From NCBI GenBank assembly GCA_964653045.1, contig CAZZBW010000002.1, positions 298 through 64,297 of the forward strand: a stretch of DNA of 64,000 bases, in the 5' to 3' direction. This document shows positions 7,566 to 17,294 of this stretch, one piece after another. The position numbers were made by a program, and so were the translations under genes. The first letter of the stretch is position 1. Every line of letters begins with the position of its first letter. The notes beneath the pieces were generated by a model, which searched no databases, was not told the origin of the DNA, and was given only the letters and a program-made list of their open reading frames with translations. The stretch is from an uncultured Pseudomonadales bacterium (lineage in GTDB: Bacteria > Patescibacteriota > Microgenomatia > UBA1400 > PJMF01).

Positions 7566-9998
7566 ATGCCAACAAAAGAACCAATTGAACCTTTGCCTCT
7601 AACGGGCAAAACCATTTTAATTGTAAATACCGGCACTCTCAAAAAAAAATTTATCCTCCAACGGATTCGTAAAATTCCTGGTCTTAAAGTTGTTGTTCTC
7701 AATTCGGTCAAAAACTGGGCGGATAAGTATGTTGATGAGTGGATCATTGCTGATACTACCAAACACTCTGAAGCGATGCGCGCAGTTGATGAATACTTGG
7801 CTAATCGCAAAATCGACGGTGTCTTAACCTTCTGGGAAGACGATGTGCTACTTACCGCCAAAATTGCCGAGAAACACAGATTAATCGGCATTCCTCACAC
7901 CGTAGCTCAAAGAACCCGAAACAAACTGCTCTTCCGCCAATTTTGCCAAGAAAATCATTTGCCCTTCCCCAAGTTTGGTCGAGCCAATGACCAGACTGAG
8001 TTGACAAAATTAATGAAAACTTTGAAGTTCCCTGTCGTGATCAAGCCGGCTTTCGGTTCCAGTAGCGCTTTTGTCATCAAGGCAGAGAATCAGACTGAGC
8101 TCGATGAAGTCTACCAATACGTCAAGCAAAATATCTCGGCTAGAGTTGAATCAGCGCTTAAAGACGGTTCTGACATCGTAGTTGAAGAATATATCGAGGG
8201 TAACGAGGTCGATATCGATATTTTAGTCCAAAATGGCAAGATCAAATACTCTTCAGTCAGTGATAATTTACAAACCAAAGAACCGTTCTTCCTCGAATCG
8301 GGATACAATCTGCCCTCCTCCTTGCCTCAAGATGATCTAAAGCAGCTACAACATCTATCCGAGCTAGTTCTGGAAAAATTGGGCGTGATGCACGGCTGTA
8401 TTCACTTCGAAGCCAAATCAACCGAAAAGGGTCCAGTGCCATTGGAAGCTAATTTGCGCCTGGGAGGAGATGAAATATATCCAGCCAATAAAAAAGTTTG
8501 GGGAGTAGATTTGATTGAAGAAGCGATCAAAATTGCCTGTGGTATTTACATCCCAATCATTGAGAAAAAAGAGCCACTCACATACGTAGCTGCTCAATCA
8601 ATCATGGCAGAAAAATCCGGTGTCATCTCCAAGCTTTACGTACCCAAAAAATTTGACCATGATTTGGGCGTGGCCGAGTTTCATTTTGATAAAGAGGTGG
8701 GCGATCTGGTTTTCACCCCGCCCAATAACTTTGATTTTCTCGGTTGGACAATGGTGACTGGCGATAACCCAATCGAGGCCGATGAAAATCTTGAAGAAGT
8801 CCTCAAACTAATCTCTTACGAGATCACTCCTTTCTCTCCACTCTCGTCTCTAGGCAAAACCCAACGTAAATCAAGATTTTCATCGGCCGCCTTGAATCAC
8901 ACCTTACTCGAAGGTAGAGCCAGAATTGAAAAGGTTCGCCTCACCGAACGAAAAAATCAACGCAAACTCAAAATTGGCATTGGTTGCAACTCATTCAATG
9001 CTGATGATGGAGCAGTAGAAGCTGAACTTACCAGTGTGGGCAAAACTATTGAAGACACGCTTCAGGAGCGCGGTTACCAAACGGTCTTTATTGACTTTAA
9101 TGATATAGATAATGCCACTACTCAACTCAAACAAGGTCAAGTTGATCTGGTGTTTAATGTGGGCGAAAGATTAAATAATTCCAGCCTACTTGAGCCCCAC
9201 ATCGCTTCCCTGTTCGATATGTATCAAGTCCCCTACACCGGTTCAAATCCATTTACCCTAGGCTTGTGCATTGATAAAATTCGCGTCAAAAAACTCCTCA
9301 CTTACCACAACATTCCTACCCCTAGATGGGATTATATGTACGATCTGTCAGACGAGCTACGCGATGACTTGCGTTACCCACTGATTGTCAAACCCGCCAA
9401 CACGGATAACTCGATTGGCATTACCAATGACTCCGTAGTCACCAATGAAAAACAACTGAAGAATCAACTGGAGTATGTCCTCACCCAGTTGCAACGACCG
9501 GCTTTGATCGAAGAGTACCTGGAGGGCGATGAGTACGACGTGTCAATTATGGGCAGTGAAGACGATGATCTGCGGGTCCTACCTCTGGCACGAACAATTT
9601 TTGATCAACTCCCTGAGGGATATTGGCATATCTGCCCATTTGATTACAAGTTTGCGGACGCGAGTTTATACAAAAAGTACGTTACCACTCAAATTCCACC
9701 TAAAAATGTCAATCACAAGTTGCTCAGACTAATCTCTGAGATCGCGCTTGATACGTATAATATCTTGGACTGTCATGATTACGGACGGGTTGAGATTAAA
9801 CTGGATAAAGACGACAATCCCTATATTCTCGAGCTTAATCCCAACCCATCTATCAATCGCGGCAACCGGGTACCCACGGTTGCCGAGCTCGTCGGCATGA
9901 ACTACGGTGATTTTATCGAAGAAATTATTGCTTTAGCCATCAAGCGCTACAAAAACAAACCACCGTTTTATCACCTACAACCCAACATTGGCTATTAA
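7566..9998 (+). CDS. tandem ATP-grasp ligase (N-terminal ATP-grasp domain + C-terminal D-Ala-D-Ala-ligase-like domain)
   Basis: Two separate ATP-grasp signatures: VVIKPAFGSSSAFV...EEYIEGNEVDID and PLIVKPANTDNSIGI...EEYLEGDEYDVS...ILELNPNP. Confidence 0.6.
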   Translation: MPTKEPIEPLPLTGKTILIVNTGTLKKKFILQRIRKIPGLKVVVLNSVKNWADKYVDEWIIADTTKHSEAMRAVDEYLANRKIDGVLTFWEDDVLLTAKIAEKHRLIGIPHTVAQRTRNKLLFRQFCQENHLPFPKFGRANDQTELTKLMKTLKFPVVIKPAFGSSSAFVIKAENQTELDEVYQYVKQNISARVESALKDGSDIVVEEYIEGNEVDIDILVQNGKIKYSSVSDNLQTKEPFFLESGYNLPSSLPQDDLKQLQHLSELVLEKLGVMHGCIHFEAKSTEKGPVPLEANLRLGGDEIYPANKKVWGVDLIEEAIKIACGIYIPIIEKKEPLTYVAAQSIMAEKSGVISKLYVPKKFDHDLGVAEFHFDKEVGDLVFTPPNNFDFLGWTMVTGDNPIEADENLEEVLKLISYEITPFSPLSSLGKTQRKSRFSSAALNHTLLEGRARIEKVRLTERKNQRKLKIGIGCNSFNADDGAVEAELTSVGKTIEDTLQERGYQTVFIDFNDIDNATTQLKQGQVDLVFNVGERLNNSSLLEPHIASLFDMYQVPYTGSNPFTLGLCIDKIRVKKLLTYHNIPTPRWDYMYDLSDELRDDLRYPLIVKPANTDNSIGITNDSVVTNEKQLKNQLEYVLTQLQRPALIEEYLEGDEYDVSIMGSEDDDLRVLPLARTIFDQLPEGYWHICPFDYKFADASLYKKYVTTQIPPKNVNHKLLRLISEIALDTYNILDCHDYGRVEIKLDKDDNPYILELNPNPSINRGNRVPTVAELVGMNYGDFIEEIIALAIKRYKNKPPFYHLQPNIGY

Positions 9999-10020
9999 TT
10001 TGCTTTTTGGCAGGTAATTC

Positions 10021-10701
10021 TTGTACACTGGTACCGTGCAAAATAACACTCCCGAAGGTCAAGAAGTCAAAGTTGGCGCTGAGCTACCCACCGATTCTGC
10101 AAAAGCCGAACCCGAACAGCAAGAATCCCAAAAATCACCCAACAGAACTAGCTTTCCCACTCCCCCTGGTATTGAAATGTCCGAAATTTTTCCTGGAGTA
10201 GTCAAACCAGTGTCAGAGAGAACTATTTATCAATGGCAGTCACCATCGCGGGTGTTTAAAAAACGAACAGGTAAATACTTGACAAATTTGGCCACAATTG
10301 TTTTGCTTCTCTCACTAATCTTGTTTTTTTCCGGTCAAGTCTTGACCGTAGCAGTAGTCTTGTCAGTTGCTTTCATGGCTTACGTCATGACCTCTATCCC
10401 ACCGCATAACATTACCCAAAAAATTACAACTTACGGTATTCGCCAAGAAAAAAAGCTGTATTATTGGGAGGAAATGGGCAGATTTTGGTTTGAAAAGAAA
10501 TATCAACAAATTGTGCTCAAAATTGAGGTCGGACGGTTTCCCAATCAACTTAATCTGGTCATCAATAATGACCAAGAAAAAAACCAGATTCAACAATATC
10601 TCTCAGATGTATTACTCCAGCAAAAGCCCGAACCAACCACCACCGACAAAGTTGCTGATTGGCTAGCCAAAAAATTCCCAATTGATCTTGAGGGGGCATG
10701 A
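10021..10701 (+). CDS. hypothetical membrane protein
   Basis: Two predicted TM helices (LTNLATIVLLLSLILFF / VLTVAVVLSVAFMAYV); no domain recognised. Confidence 0.4.
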   Translation: MYTGTVQNNTPEGQEVKVGAELPTDSAKAEPEQQESQKSPNRTSFPTPPGIEMSEIFPGVVKPVSERTIYQWQSPSRVFKKRTGKYLTNLATIVLLLSLILFFSGQVLTVAVVLSVAFMAYVMTSIPPHNITQKITTYGIRQEKKLYYWEEMGRFWFEKKYQQIVLKIEVGRFPNQLNLVINNDQEKNQIQQYLSDVLLQQKPEPTTTDKVADWLAKKFPIDLEGA

Positions 10702-10741
10702 TCTGGTACAATACCAGTGGTTGAGAGATCAACGCCGCCGA

Positions 10742-10813
10742 GCACCCATAGTTAAACGGATAGAATAGCGGTTTGCGGAACCGTTGATCCAGGTTCGATT
10801 CCTGGTGGGTGCA
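10742..10813 (+). tRNA. tRNA-Arg (anticodon GCG)
   Basis: Acceptor GCACCCA/TGGGTGC, anticodon stem GCGGT/ACCGT with loop TTGCGGA, T arm CCAGG-TTCGATT-CCTGG, discriminator A; D stem is weak. Confidence 0.6.
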
Positions 10814-10846
10814 CACCTTAAACTTATCAATTAACATAGCATTATT

Positions 10847-11665
10847 ATGGCTAATTGGGACAAAATTCTTAGTCGAGGTAACGTGGAGGATCGAAGATCA
10901 TTTAATCCTGTTGCCGTGGGGAAAATTAGCCTTGTAGGAGTTGCTGCGTTCTTACTGATGAATTACTTGAGTGGCGGTAGTATTGAAGGTGCCATAGTAG
11001 AAATTGGTAAGACAGTTCTAGAACAGCAAGTGAACCAAGTTCAAATTCAAGAAAATCCCGAGTTGGCTGTTGACGATACTTACGAAGTATTTGCTTCCAC
11101 AGTACTTGGATCAAATAACCAATTCTGGAATAATCAACTCCAAATAATTAACCGTGAGTATAGCGAACCCAAGCTAGTGTTATTTCGCGTTGCCACTGAG
11201 TCTGGTTGCGGTGTAGCGGCTTCGCAGATTGGACCGCATTATTGCTCTATTGATAAAACTATTTATCTGGATGAAACATTTTTTGATGAAATGATTAATC
11301 GATTTGGAGCTAAGGGCGGAGATGTTGCCCAAGCATACGTGATCGCCCATGAAGTTGGACATCACGTCCAAAATGTCATGGGCGAATTTGGCCAGAAATC
11401 ACCAATTGAGGCAGAACTCCAAGCTGATTGTTACGCCGGTGCGTGGGCAAACTCAATCAAAGATCAAGGTGTCCTTGAGCCTGGAGAAATTCGTGAGGCA
11501 ATGGATGCCGCAGCTGCTATCGGAGATGACCGAATCCAAGAAAAAACCCAAGGATATGCGAATCCTGAAACTTTTACCCACGGCTCTTCGGAAGAACGAG
11601 AAAAATGGTTTACTGTTGGTTATGATCAAGGAACCATCAGCGCCTGTGACACCACACAAAATTGA
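10847..11665 (+). CDS. YpfJ-family putative neutral zinc metallopeptidase
   Basis: N-terminal TM helix; conserved YVIAHEVGHHVQ HExxH motif and YpfJ-like flanking blocks. Confidence 0.7.
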   Translation: MANWDKILSRGNVEDRRSFNPVAVGKISLVGVAAFLLMNYLSGGSIEGAIVEIGKTVLEQQVNQVQIQENPELAVDDTYEVFASTVLGSNNQFWNNQLQIINREYSEPKLVLFRVATESGCGVAASQIGPHYCSIDKTIYLDETFFDEMINRFGAKGGDVAQAYVIAHEVGHHVQNVMGEFGQKSPIEAELQADCYAGAWANSIKDQGVLEPGEIREAMDAAAAIGDDRIQEKTQGYANPETFTHGSSEEREKWFTVGYDQGTISACDTTQN

Positions 11666-11735
11666 TTATTGTCTGTAGACTAGCAGATGATTCTGCAGTA
11701 TTTGAACTAACTGTTACTTTGAAAATCTCAGAAAA

Positions 11736-12881
11736 TTAGTTACAAAGGTGTGTCCAAATTTTATGCTTTAGTTGGGGAATGTTCTGCCCGCCAGCGGCCG
11801 AGAGAGCGAGACTCTCCCGGCCGCTGGCAAACTGCCGGAAATCGGCTAACGTTTTTTTATTAACCAGATCAATTTTGTTGGCAACGAGTAAAACGGGCTG
11901 GTTCGCACCCAGTTTGGTCAAGATTTGATCAACCACCTCAATTTTCTTGGGATATTCTTGATCAGATATGTCCACCATGTGCAGAATCAGTTTGGCTGAC
12001 ATAGATTCGAGCAAAGTGGACTCAAAAGCTTGAATCAACTGCGGTGGTAGCTGATCAATGAAACCAATCGTGTCAGACAAAATAATCGGCAGATTGCCCG
12101 ACGGCGCCTTCATCAAACCGACAACCGTGTCCAGAGTGGTAAACAGCTTGGCGCTGGTGGTTTTATTCTTACCAGTTAGAGCGTTGAACAGGGTCGTTTT
12201 ACCCGCACTGGTATACCCCACCAGCGCCACCGGTCCTAACCCTAGCTCTGAGCGCCGATCAATCCGGTCACCTTTTTGTTTTTTGACTTTGTTCAACCGT
12301 TCGACCAAAAACTGGCGCCGTTTCTTTAGTTGTCTTTTTTCAAACTCAATATTAGTTTCACCTTTTCCCCGGGTGCCAATTCCCCCTCCCTGACGTGACA
12401 GTTCAGTCTCTCCCAGACCGTATATTCGTGGACCTTTGTGATCGAGTTTGGCCAGCTCAATTTGCAGCTTGGCCTCGACTGATCCAGCATGCTTTTCAAA
12501 AATTGCCAAGATCAGATCGACTCGATCCCAAACTTTGATCGCGGGCGCTGTCTGCCACAGCGCCCGCTCCACCCGAAACAGCTGACTTGGTTTGACGATA
12601 TCGTTCACCACTACAATCGCTACCCTTTGACTGACAATTTCTTGCTTCAGCCATTCCAGTTTGCCTTTGCCGATATAACTCCCAGGGTCAGGCTTGACCC
12701 GATGCTGAGTGACTTTGCCCACAATCACACCACCAAGGGTATGAACCAATTGGGTCAGCTCCACCATATTGGCTTTGGCCAAATCATGATGATAATGAGG
12801 ATCAATTACTTGGATAAGTAAACAGCGCGGGTTTTGCATGACTAAGGCGGTATAATAAACTACTATCACCTCAAACAGCAA
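11736..12881 (-). CDS. hflX: GTPase HflX
   Basis: HflX N-domain followed by G-domain VALVGYTSAGKTTLFNALTG, DTIGFI, NKID; start may be the TTG at 12881 or the ATG at 12839. Confidence 0.85.
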   Translation of the reverse strand: MLFEVIVVYYTALVMQNPRCLLIQVIDPHYHHDLAKANMVELTQLVHTLGGVIVGKVTQHRVKPDPGSYIGKGKLEWLKQEIVSQRVAIVVVNDIVKPSQLFRVERALWQTAPAIKVWDRVDLILAIFEKHAGSVEAKLQIELAKLDHKGPRIYGLGETELSRQGGGIGTRGKGETNIEFEKRQLKKRRQFLVERLNKVKKQKGDRIDRRSELGLGPVALVGYTSAGKTTLFNALTGKNKTTSAKLFTTLDTVVGLMKAPSGNLPIILSDTIGFIDQLPPQLIQAFESTLLESMSAKLILHMVDISDQEYPKKIEVVDQILTKLGANQPVLLVANKIDLVNKKTLADFRQFASGRESLALSAAGGQNIPQLKHKIWTHLCN

Positions 12882-12896
12882 ATGGTGTTAACAATA

Positions 12897-12959
12897 GGAA
12901 GCGTCGCACCTGCCCGAATGCGTACGCATAGCGTTGTAGGCGGGTAGCGGTCAATTGCA
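12897..12959 (+). other. second partial 5' copy of tRNA-Ser interrupted by a 36-nt insert (paralogue of 3935-3996)
   Basis: ggaagcgtcgca + cctgcccgaatgcgtacgcatagcgttgtaggcggg + tagcggtcaattgca; the insert contains the perfect 12-bp palindrome ATGCGTACGCAT. Confidence 0.55.
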
Positions 12960-12980
12960 TTATAATAAAAACATTAAATT

Positions 12981-13068
12981 GGAAGCGTCGCATAGCGGTC
13001 AATTGCACTGGTTTCGAAAACCAGAGCCTTCACCGGCTTCGTGGGTTCGAATCCCACCGCTTCCGCCA
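12981..13068 (+). tRNA. tRNA-Ser (anticodon CGA), type II, CCA encoded
   Basis: 5' 25 nt identical to the tRNA at 4056; anticodon stem CTGGT/ACCAG with loop TTCGAAA; long variable arm; same T arm and acceptor. Confidence 0.85.
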
Positions 13069-13190
13069 TTCTCCGTCAAACTCAGAATGTCACTGAGTGA
13101 CGAGCGAGAACTGAAAGTCCAAACATCGACTATGTAAGTGATGAATACCCTTGACAAGACAGTTATAATTTTATCGTTATATATCATTAA

Positions 13191-13550
13191 GTGTCGAAGT
13201 ATTGCCAGTCGAAAAATATGCCAATAAATCCAGAAAGACTTAAATCACAAAACTCTGAAGCTGAATTGAGAGACAAGGGCTTATTGCATGACGATGAAAC
13301 TATTCAGGTTGTACATTGGAAATACTTCAGTCTTCAACCAAGATATGGCAAGCTCACCAATGTTAATTCGATAATTATTATCGACCAAAGTTCTGGTGAA
13401 ACCAAGTATTATCGACTCAATCACAACCAATGGCGCGTCACCCAGCTCGAAGAAGGAAAAAAAGTTGTCCGCTCAGATGCGCACAATCGAGAATTCATAT
13501 TTAGAGTTGGGTGCAAACTAAGCGCACGCTTAATAGTGCCAAAAAGATAA
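13191..13550 (+). CDS. hypothetical protein
   Basis: ORF only; no motif recognised. Confidence 0.35.
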   Translation: MSKYCQSKNMPINPERLKSQNSEAELRDKGLLHDDETIQVVHWKYFSLQPRYGKLTNVNSIIIIDQSSGETKYYRLNHNQWRVTQLEEGKKVVRSDAHNREFIFRVGCKLSARLIVPKR

Positions 13551-13630
13551 AACCTGCCTTGACATAAAGTTATTAATTTCATCAACAATCAAAAGGGAAA
13601 TCCCAAATAATTTTTAACAAGAATCAAATC

Positions 13631-14032
13631 ATGGCGAGAAGAAATATCGAGCGCAGCGGGCAATCAAGATTTGTCTTCGACGAAAAAGATAGATTGAAAC
13701 TTCCAAATAATTCTGGGTTTGATACTCTACCACCTATTAAAGAACAAAAACCAGAAGTGGTAAGCTATTTATTTGCCCCTGGGAAAAAAATTTGGATGTA
13801 TTCCAAACAAGCCAAAAAAATCGCAGTGACCGTATTTCAAGCCAGCCTTGTTGCCCGCGCAACCGGCACAGTCGATCAACAAGGCAGAAGAAAATTCCAG
13901 GTCTCATACCCAGCAACCATAAAATGGCCAAGTGGAAAAGTTTGGCAATTGCATTCTGGAGATGTCTTTTGGGCAAAACCTTCTGATGCAGAGAGACAGT
14001 TAAATTATCAACCACCACAACCTGATAGATAA
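13631..14032 (+). CDS. hypothetical protein
   Basis: ORF only; no motif recognised. Confidence 0.35.
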   Translation: MARRNIERSGQSRFVFDEKDRLKLPNNSGFDTLPPIKEQKPEVVSYLFAPGKKIWMYSKQAKKIAVTVFQASLVARATGTVDQQGRRKFQVSYPATIKWPSGKVWQLHSGDVFWAKPSDAERQLNYQPPQPDR

Positions 14033-14087
14033 TATCTATACACTTTTTTTAATAGGCGGGTGAAATAATCAAGAAAAGAGAAAATCC

Positions 14088-15209
14088 TTGATATTAGATT
14101 TGTATGGTAAAATATCTTTTGTTATGTTTATAAGAGATATTGAACTTAGCAAGCGAATGGAGTCTCCTCCCTCACCAATTCATGGCGACCAACTTGAACA
14201 AATTTCTTTTGAATCAATGCGGGCCAAGCATGGTGGTCGGTTTTTTCCAAGAAAGTCCTTAGAAATACTTCATCAAAATAATCAAACTTGTATGGCCATT
14301 GATATTGGCGGCACTAAAATGAGTGTCTCTAAGATTACATTTAAAAACGGCTCGCCAGTGATTTCAGAAGTTGTTACGCATCAAACTATTGACAAAGGGG
14401 CTGATTTTTTTCCGATTCTTCAGCAACTTGCTGGTAAATTTTCTGGTAATATTGCTATCTCAATCGCTGGAGAAGTCGACGATGACGAAAAAACTATCGG
14501 ACCATTACCAAATTTACCAGGATTGATCAACGCGCTAGGTGGTCGTAGATCTTTTTCTGAAATTTTTGGCGATCGATACAGATTAGCCAACGATGCGAAA
14601 TGTGGGTTAATTGCGGTAGCCACAGCTTGTCAGGCTAATCAAATAGAACAATCGAACGTAGTTTTTATGATTGATGGTACCGGAATTGGCGGCGCCGTAC
14701 TATATGAGGACGGTAGAATCATTCAACTTGAGCCAGGTCATGTACTTCACGTACCCGCGCTCAATCCAAATGGTCACCAACAAGCTTGTGACCCAGAATC
14801 GAAAAGGTTTGACACTTGTCTAGAAAGAATTGGCAGTCACGGTGCTGGAATAGTGGCTCAGTGGAACTCACTTCACCCGGAATTACTGATTCAAAACGGT
14901 CGTGAACTGCTCGATCTGGCTAATTCTGGTGAAGAAGACGCAATAAATTTACTCATACTCTCAACGCAAATTGTAGCTACGATTAGTGCTGGAATTGTGA
15001 ACGCAAGTCATTTGGCTCCAAATCAAACTGTGGTTGTGTTGGGTGGTGGGGCCAGCCATATTCCCATGAGAGTTAAGCGAATCGAACAAACTCTGCGTGC
15101 TCACTTCCGCCTCGCTAATCTGCCTGTCATTTCAGCTGATCACTTGGGAATTGATAATCCCTCTCTTTACGGCGCAGCGGTACTAGCCGGACTAATGAAA
15201 ACCGAGTAA
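14088..15209 (+). CDS. ROK-family sugar kinase / glucokinase-like
   Basis: AIDIGGTK N-terminal ATPase motif and VFMIDGTGIGGAV; true start may be an internal Met. Confidence 0.65.
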   Translation: MILDLYGKISFVMFIRDIELSKRMESPPSPIHGDQLEQISFESMRAKHGGRFFPRKSLEILHQNNQTCMAIDIGGTKMSVSKITFKNGSPVISEVVTHQTIDKGADFFPILQQLAGKFSGNIAISIAGEVDDDEKTIGPLPNLPGLINALGGRRSFSEIFGDRYRLANDAKCGLIAVATACQANQIEQSNVVFMIDGTGIGGAVLYEDGRIIQLEPGHVLHVPALNPNGHQQACDPESKRFDTCLERIGSHGAGIVAQWNSLHPELLIQNGRELLDLANSGEEDAINLLILSTQIVATISAGIVNASHLAPNQTVVVLGGGASHIPMRVKRIEQTLRAHFRLANLPVISADHLGIDNPSLYGAAVLAGLMKTE

Positions 15210-15214
15210 AAATC

Positions 15215-16525
15215 TTACTTTTTCCTAGGCAAGCGGGACAATCTTCCAGCAGAATCAATTGCTGCCACCACTTGTTTTTTGGGTAATTTTAAGCCAGTAA
15301 TCTTTTTGAATAACTTTCTCGGATCAAGCTGAGGGAGAAGATGCTTGCCAATTTGTTTACGTAAATCTTTCGTATTGGGATACTTCATCATTAAATAAAC
15401 CATGTAGGCAACAAAGTCATCAACGTTTAGCACCTCCACTCGTTTTTCTCCTCCGTCTTCTGCATCCACCTCAGTATTATTTTGAGGCAAGGTGCTACTC
15501 ACCATCACGATTTTGACTAAGTCATTTGCGAGTAACTTAGGTAAATTTTGCTCACAATCGCCGCAAAATATGGCATGTGAAGCACAAACCAGTATTTCTT
15601 TGGCGCCTGCGGCACCCAACAACTCCACCGTTTTCACCAACGTCCCACCACTGCTGATCATGTCATCAAACAACACCACTCTTTTGCCTGACACATCGCC
15701 ATATACTAGTTCATGCTCGGTTCTCGATTTAGTGCCATTCCCCATTGGGATTCTTCTCTTATTAATTATTCCAATTTCAAAACCATCCTCTGTGCTCAAT
15801 TTATGAGCTAAAGCCAGATTGCCCAAATCCACGCCAACTACGATGGTTTCTAAACTATCGTCTAACAAGCCTCTGCTTTTTAGGGTATCAATCATTAATC
15901 TGGCAGTAGTAATGTTAATTACTTCAAGACCTCTCTCAATTAATTGGTTAGCAGCTATCCCACTGTGACCATCGATTGTAACAACTCGCTTCACTCCTGC
16001 TGCTTGCAAAAGATTGGCTACTACTCCTGACCAAGGAGTTTGTTCAGCGACCATGGCAACAGGTTCAACACCTGGTTTGGGAGCAATTCCCAGCTTATCA
16101 TACTCAGTTGCCGAAATTGGCAAAACTGAAGCGCGATCCTGGCGAAAATCAGCCATTACTAACAAAGCGCTTAAATTACTGGCGATTTCTCCAAGACCTT
16201 GTCCACGATCGAGAGAAAGTGATTGAAGATATACTAAATCTTGGACGAAACTTTGCCAATTATCACCATTCATAATCAATGGCACCACAACTTGTGCGGT
16301 TTCAGTCAGAAGCGAGTGAGCCAAAACAAGCGGCATACCATTATTGAAAGACTCTACCAATAGGGAGAATTGCGTGAAAAATTCCTTTAATCTTTGCGCC
16401 AGCTCGGGAGCTCGAGTTTCAAAGCTGTTCAGCAATAAGACTTGAGCTAACTCAGGAGCAACAGTGGATAATGCGAAAGAATCACTTGATCTGCGACTAT
16501 GTCTCAATCTTTCATCACGACTCAT
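15215..16525 (-). CDS. prs: ribose-phosphate pyrophosphokinase (PRPP synthetase) with about 120-aa N-terminal extension
   Basis: VVLFDDMISSGGTL PRPP-binding loop and Prs-like N-domain (KRVVTIDGHSG). Confidence 0.65.
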   Translation of the reverse strand: MSRDERLRHSRRSSDSFALSTVAPELAQVLLLNSFETRAPELAQRLKEFFTQFSLLVESFNNGMPLVLAHSLLTETAQVVVPLIMNGDNWQSFVQDLVYLQSLSLDRGQGLGEIASNLSALLVMADFRQDRASVLPISATEYDKLGIAPKPGVEPVAMVAEQTPWSGVVANLLQAAGVKRVVTIDGHSGIAANQLIERGLEVINITTARLMIDTLKSRGLLDDSLETIVVGVDLGNLALAHKLSTEDGFEIGIINKRRIPMGNGTKSRTEHELVYGDVSGKRVVLFDDMISSGGTLVKTVELLGAAGAKEILVCASHAIFCGDCEQNLPKLLANDLVKIVMVSSTLPQNNTEVDAEDGGEKRVEVLNVDDFVAYMVYLMMKYPNTKDLRKQIGKHLLPQLDPRKLFKKITGLKLPKKQVVAAIDSAGRLSRLPRKK

Positions 16526-16683
16526 ATGCTCAAACCACAGGCAGATCAGTAGATAGTTGCCAAAAATAGTAACACCACCTCAGTAAATTGGCAATGTCTA
16601 AAAATACCGGAATTGATCCAGTTGTGAAAGTGCGAAGATAATGCTAAACTAAGACATTATTATATACCCTACAGGAGTATCCT

Positions 16684-17292
16684 ATGTCATTTCAATTACC
16701 CAAATTACCGTACCAATATAACGCGCTCGAACCATATTTTGACGCTCAGACTATGGAGTTACATCACACCAAGCATCACCAAACATATACCGATAAGTTA
16801 AATCTGGCTGTTGCAGGAACCGAGTGGGAAAGTAAATCTGCCGAGTGGCTAGTCAGCAATCTCAATCAACTGCCGGAAAAAATACGGGGAGCGGTGAGAA
16901 ATCATGGCGGGGGCTTTGTCAATCATAATTTGTTTTGGCAGATGCTCTCGCCCGAGTTTGATCAAACGCCCCCGCCAGAATTAATGGAACTATTGGAAAA
17001 GCAGTTTGGCAGTTACGAAAATTTCCAAGAAAAATTCAGTACCGCTGCCAAAACTCATTTTGGCAGCGGCTGGGCATGGCTGGTACAAAAACCATCTGGG
17101 GAGCTCGATGTCTACTCGCTCCCCAATCAGGACTGCCCTATTACCATGGATGACGTCCCATTACTCACTCTAGATTTGTGGGAACACGCTTATTATCTTA
17201 AATACCAGAATCGCCGCGATGAGTACATCGCCAACTTTTGGCACGTCGTCAACTGGCAGCAAGTTGCAAAAAATTTGGCCAGCTCAAACTAA
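16684..17292 (+). CDS. sodA: Fe/Mn superoxide dismutase
   Basis: LPKLPYQYNALEPYFDAQTMELHHTKHHQTY and DLWEHAYY signatures. Confidence 0.9.
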   Translation: MSFQLPKLPYQYNALEPYFDAQTMELHHTKHHQTYTDKLNLAVAGTEWESKSAEWLVSNLNQLPEKIRGAVRNHGGGFVNHNLFWQMLSPEFDQTPPPELMELLEKQFGSYENFQEKFSTAAKTHFGSGWAWLVQKPSGELDVYSLPNQDCPITMDDVPLLTLDLWEHAYYLKYQNRRDEYIANFWHVVNWQQVAKNLASSN

Positions 17293-17294
17293 AG

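Noticed and set aside
12955-13187. ORF-track ORFs 12955-13137 (+) and 12999-13187 (-) and similar small ORFs over 3930-4200
   Set aside because: They overlap the tRNA-Ser genes and their repeat flanks; their translations are low-complexity, so they are spurious
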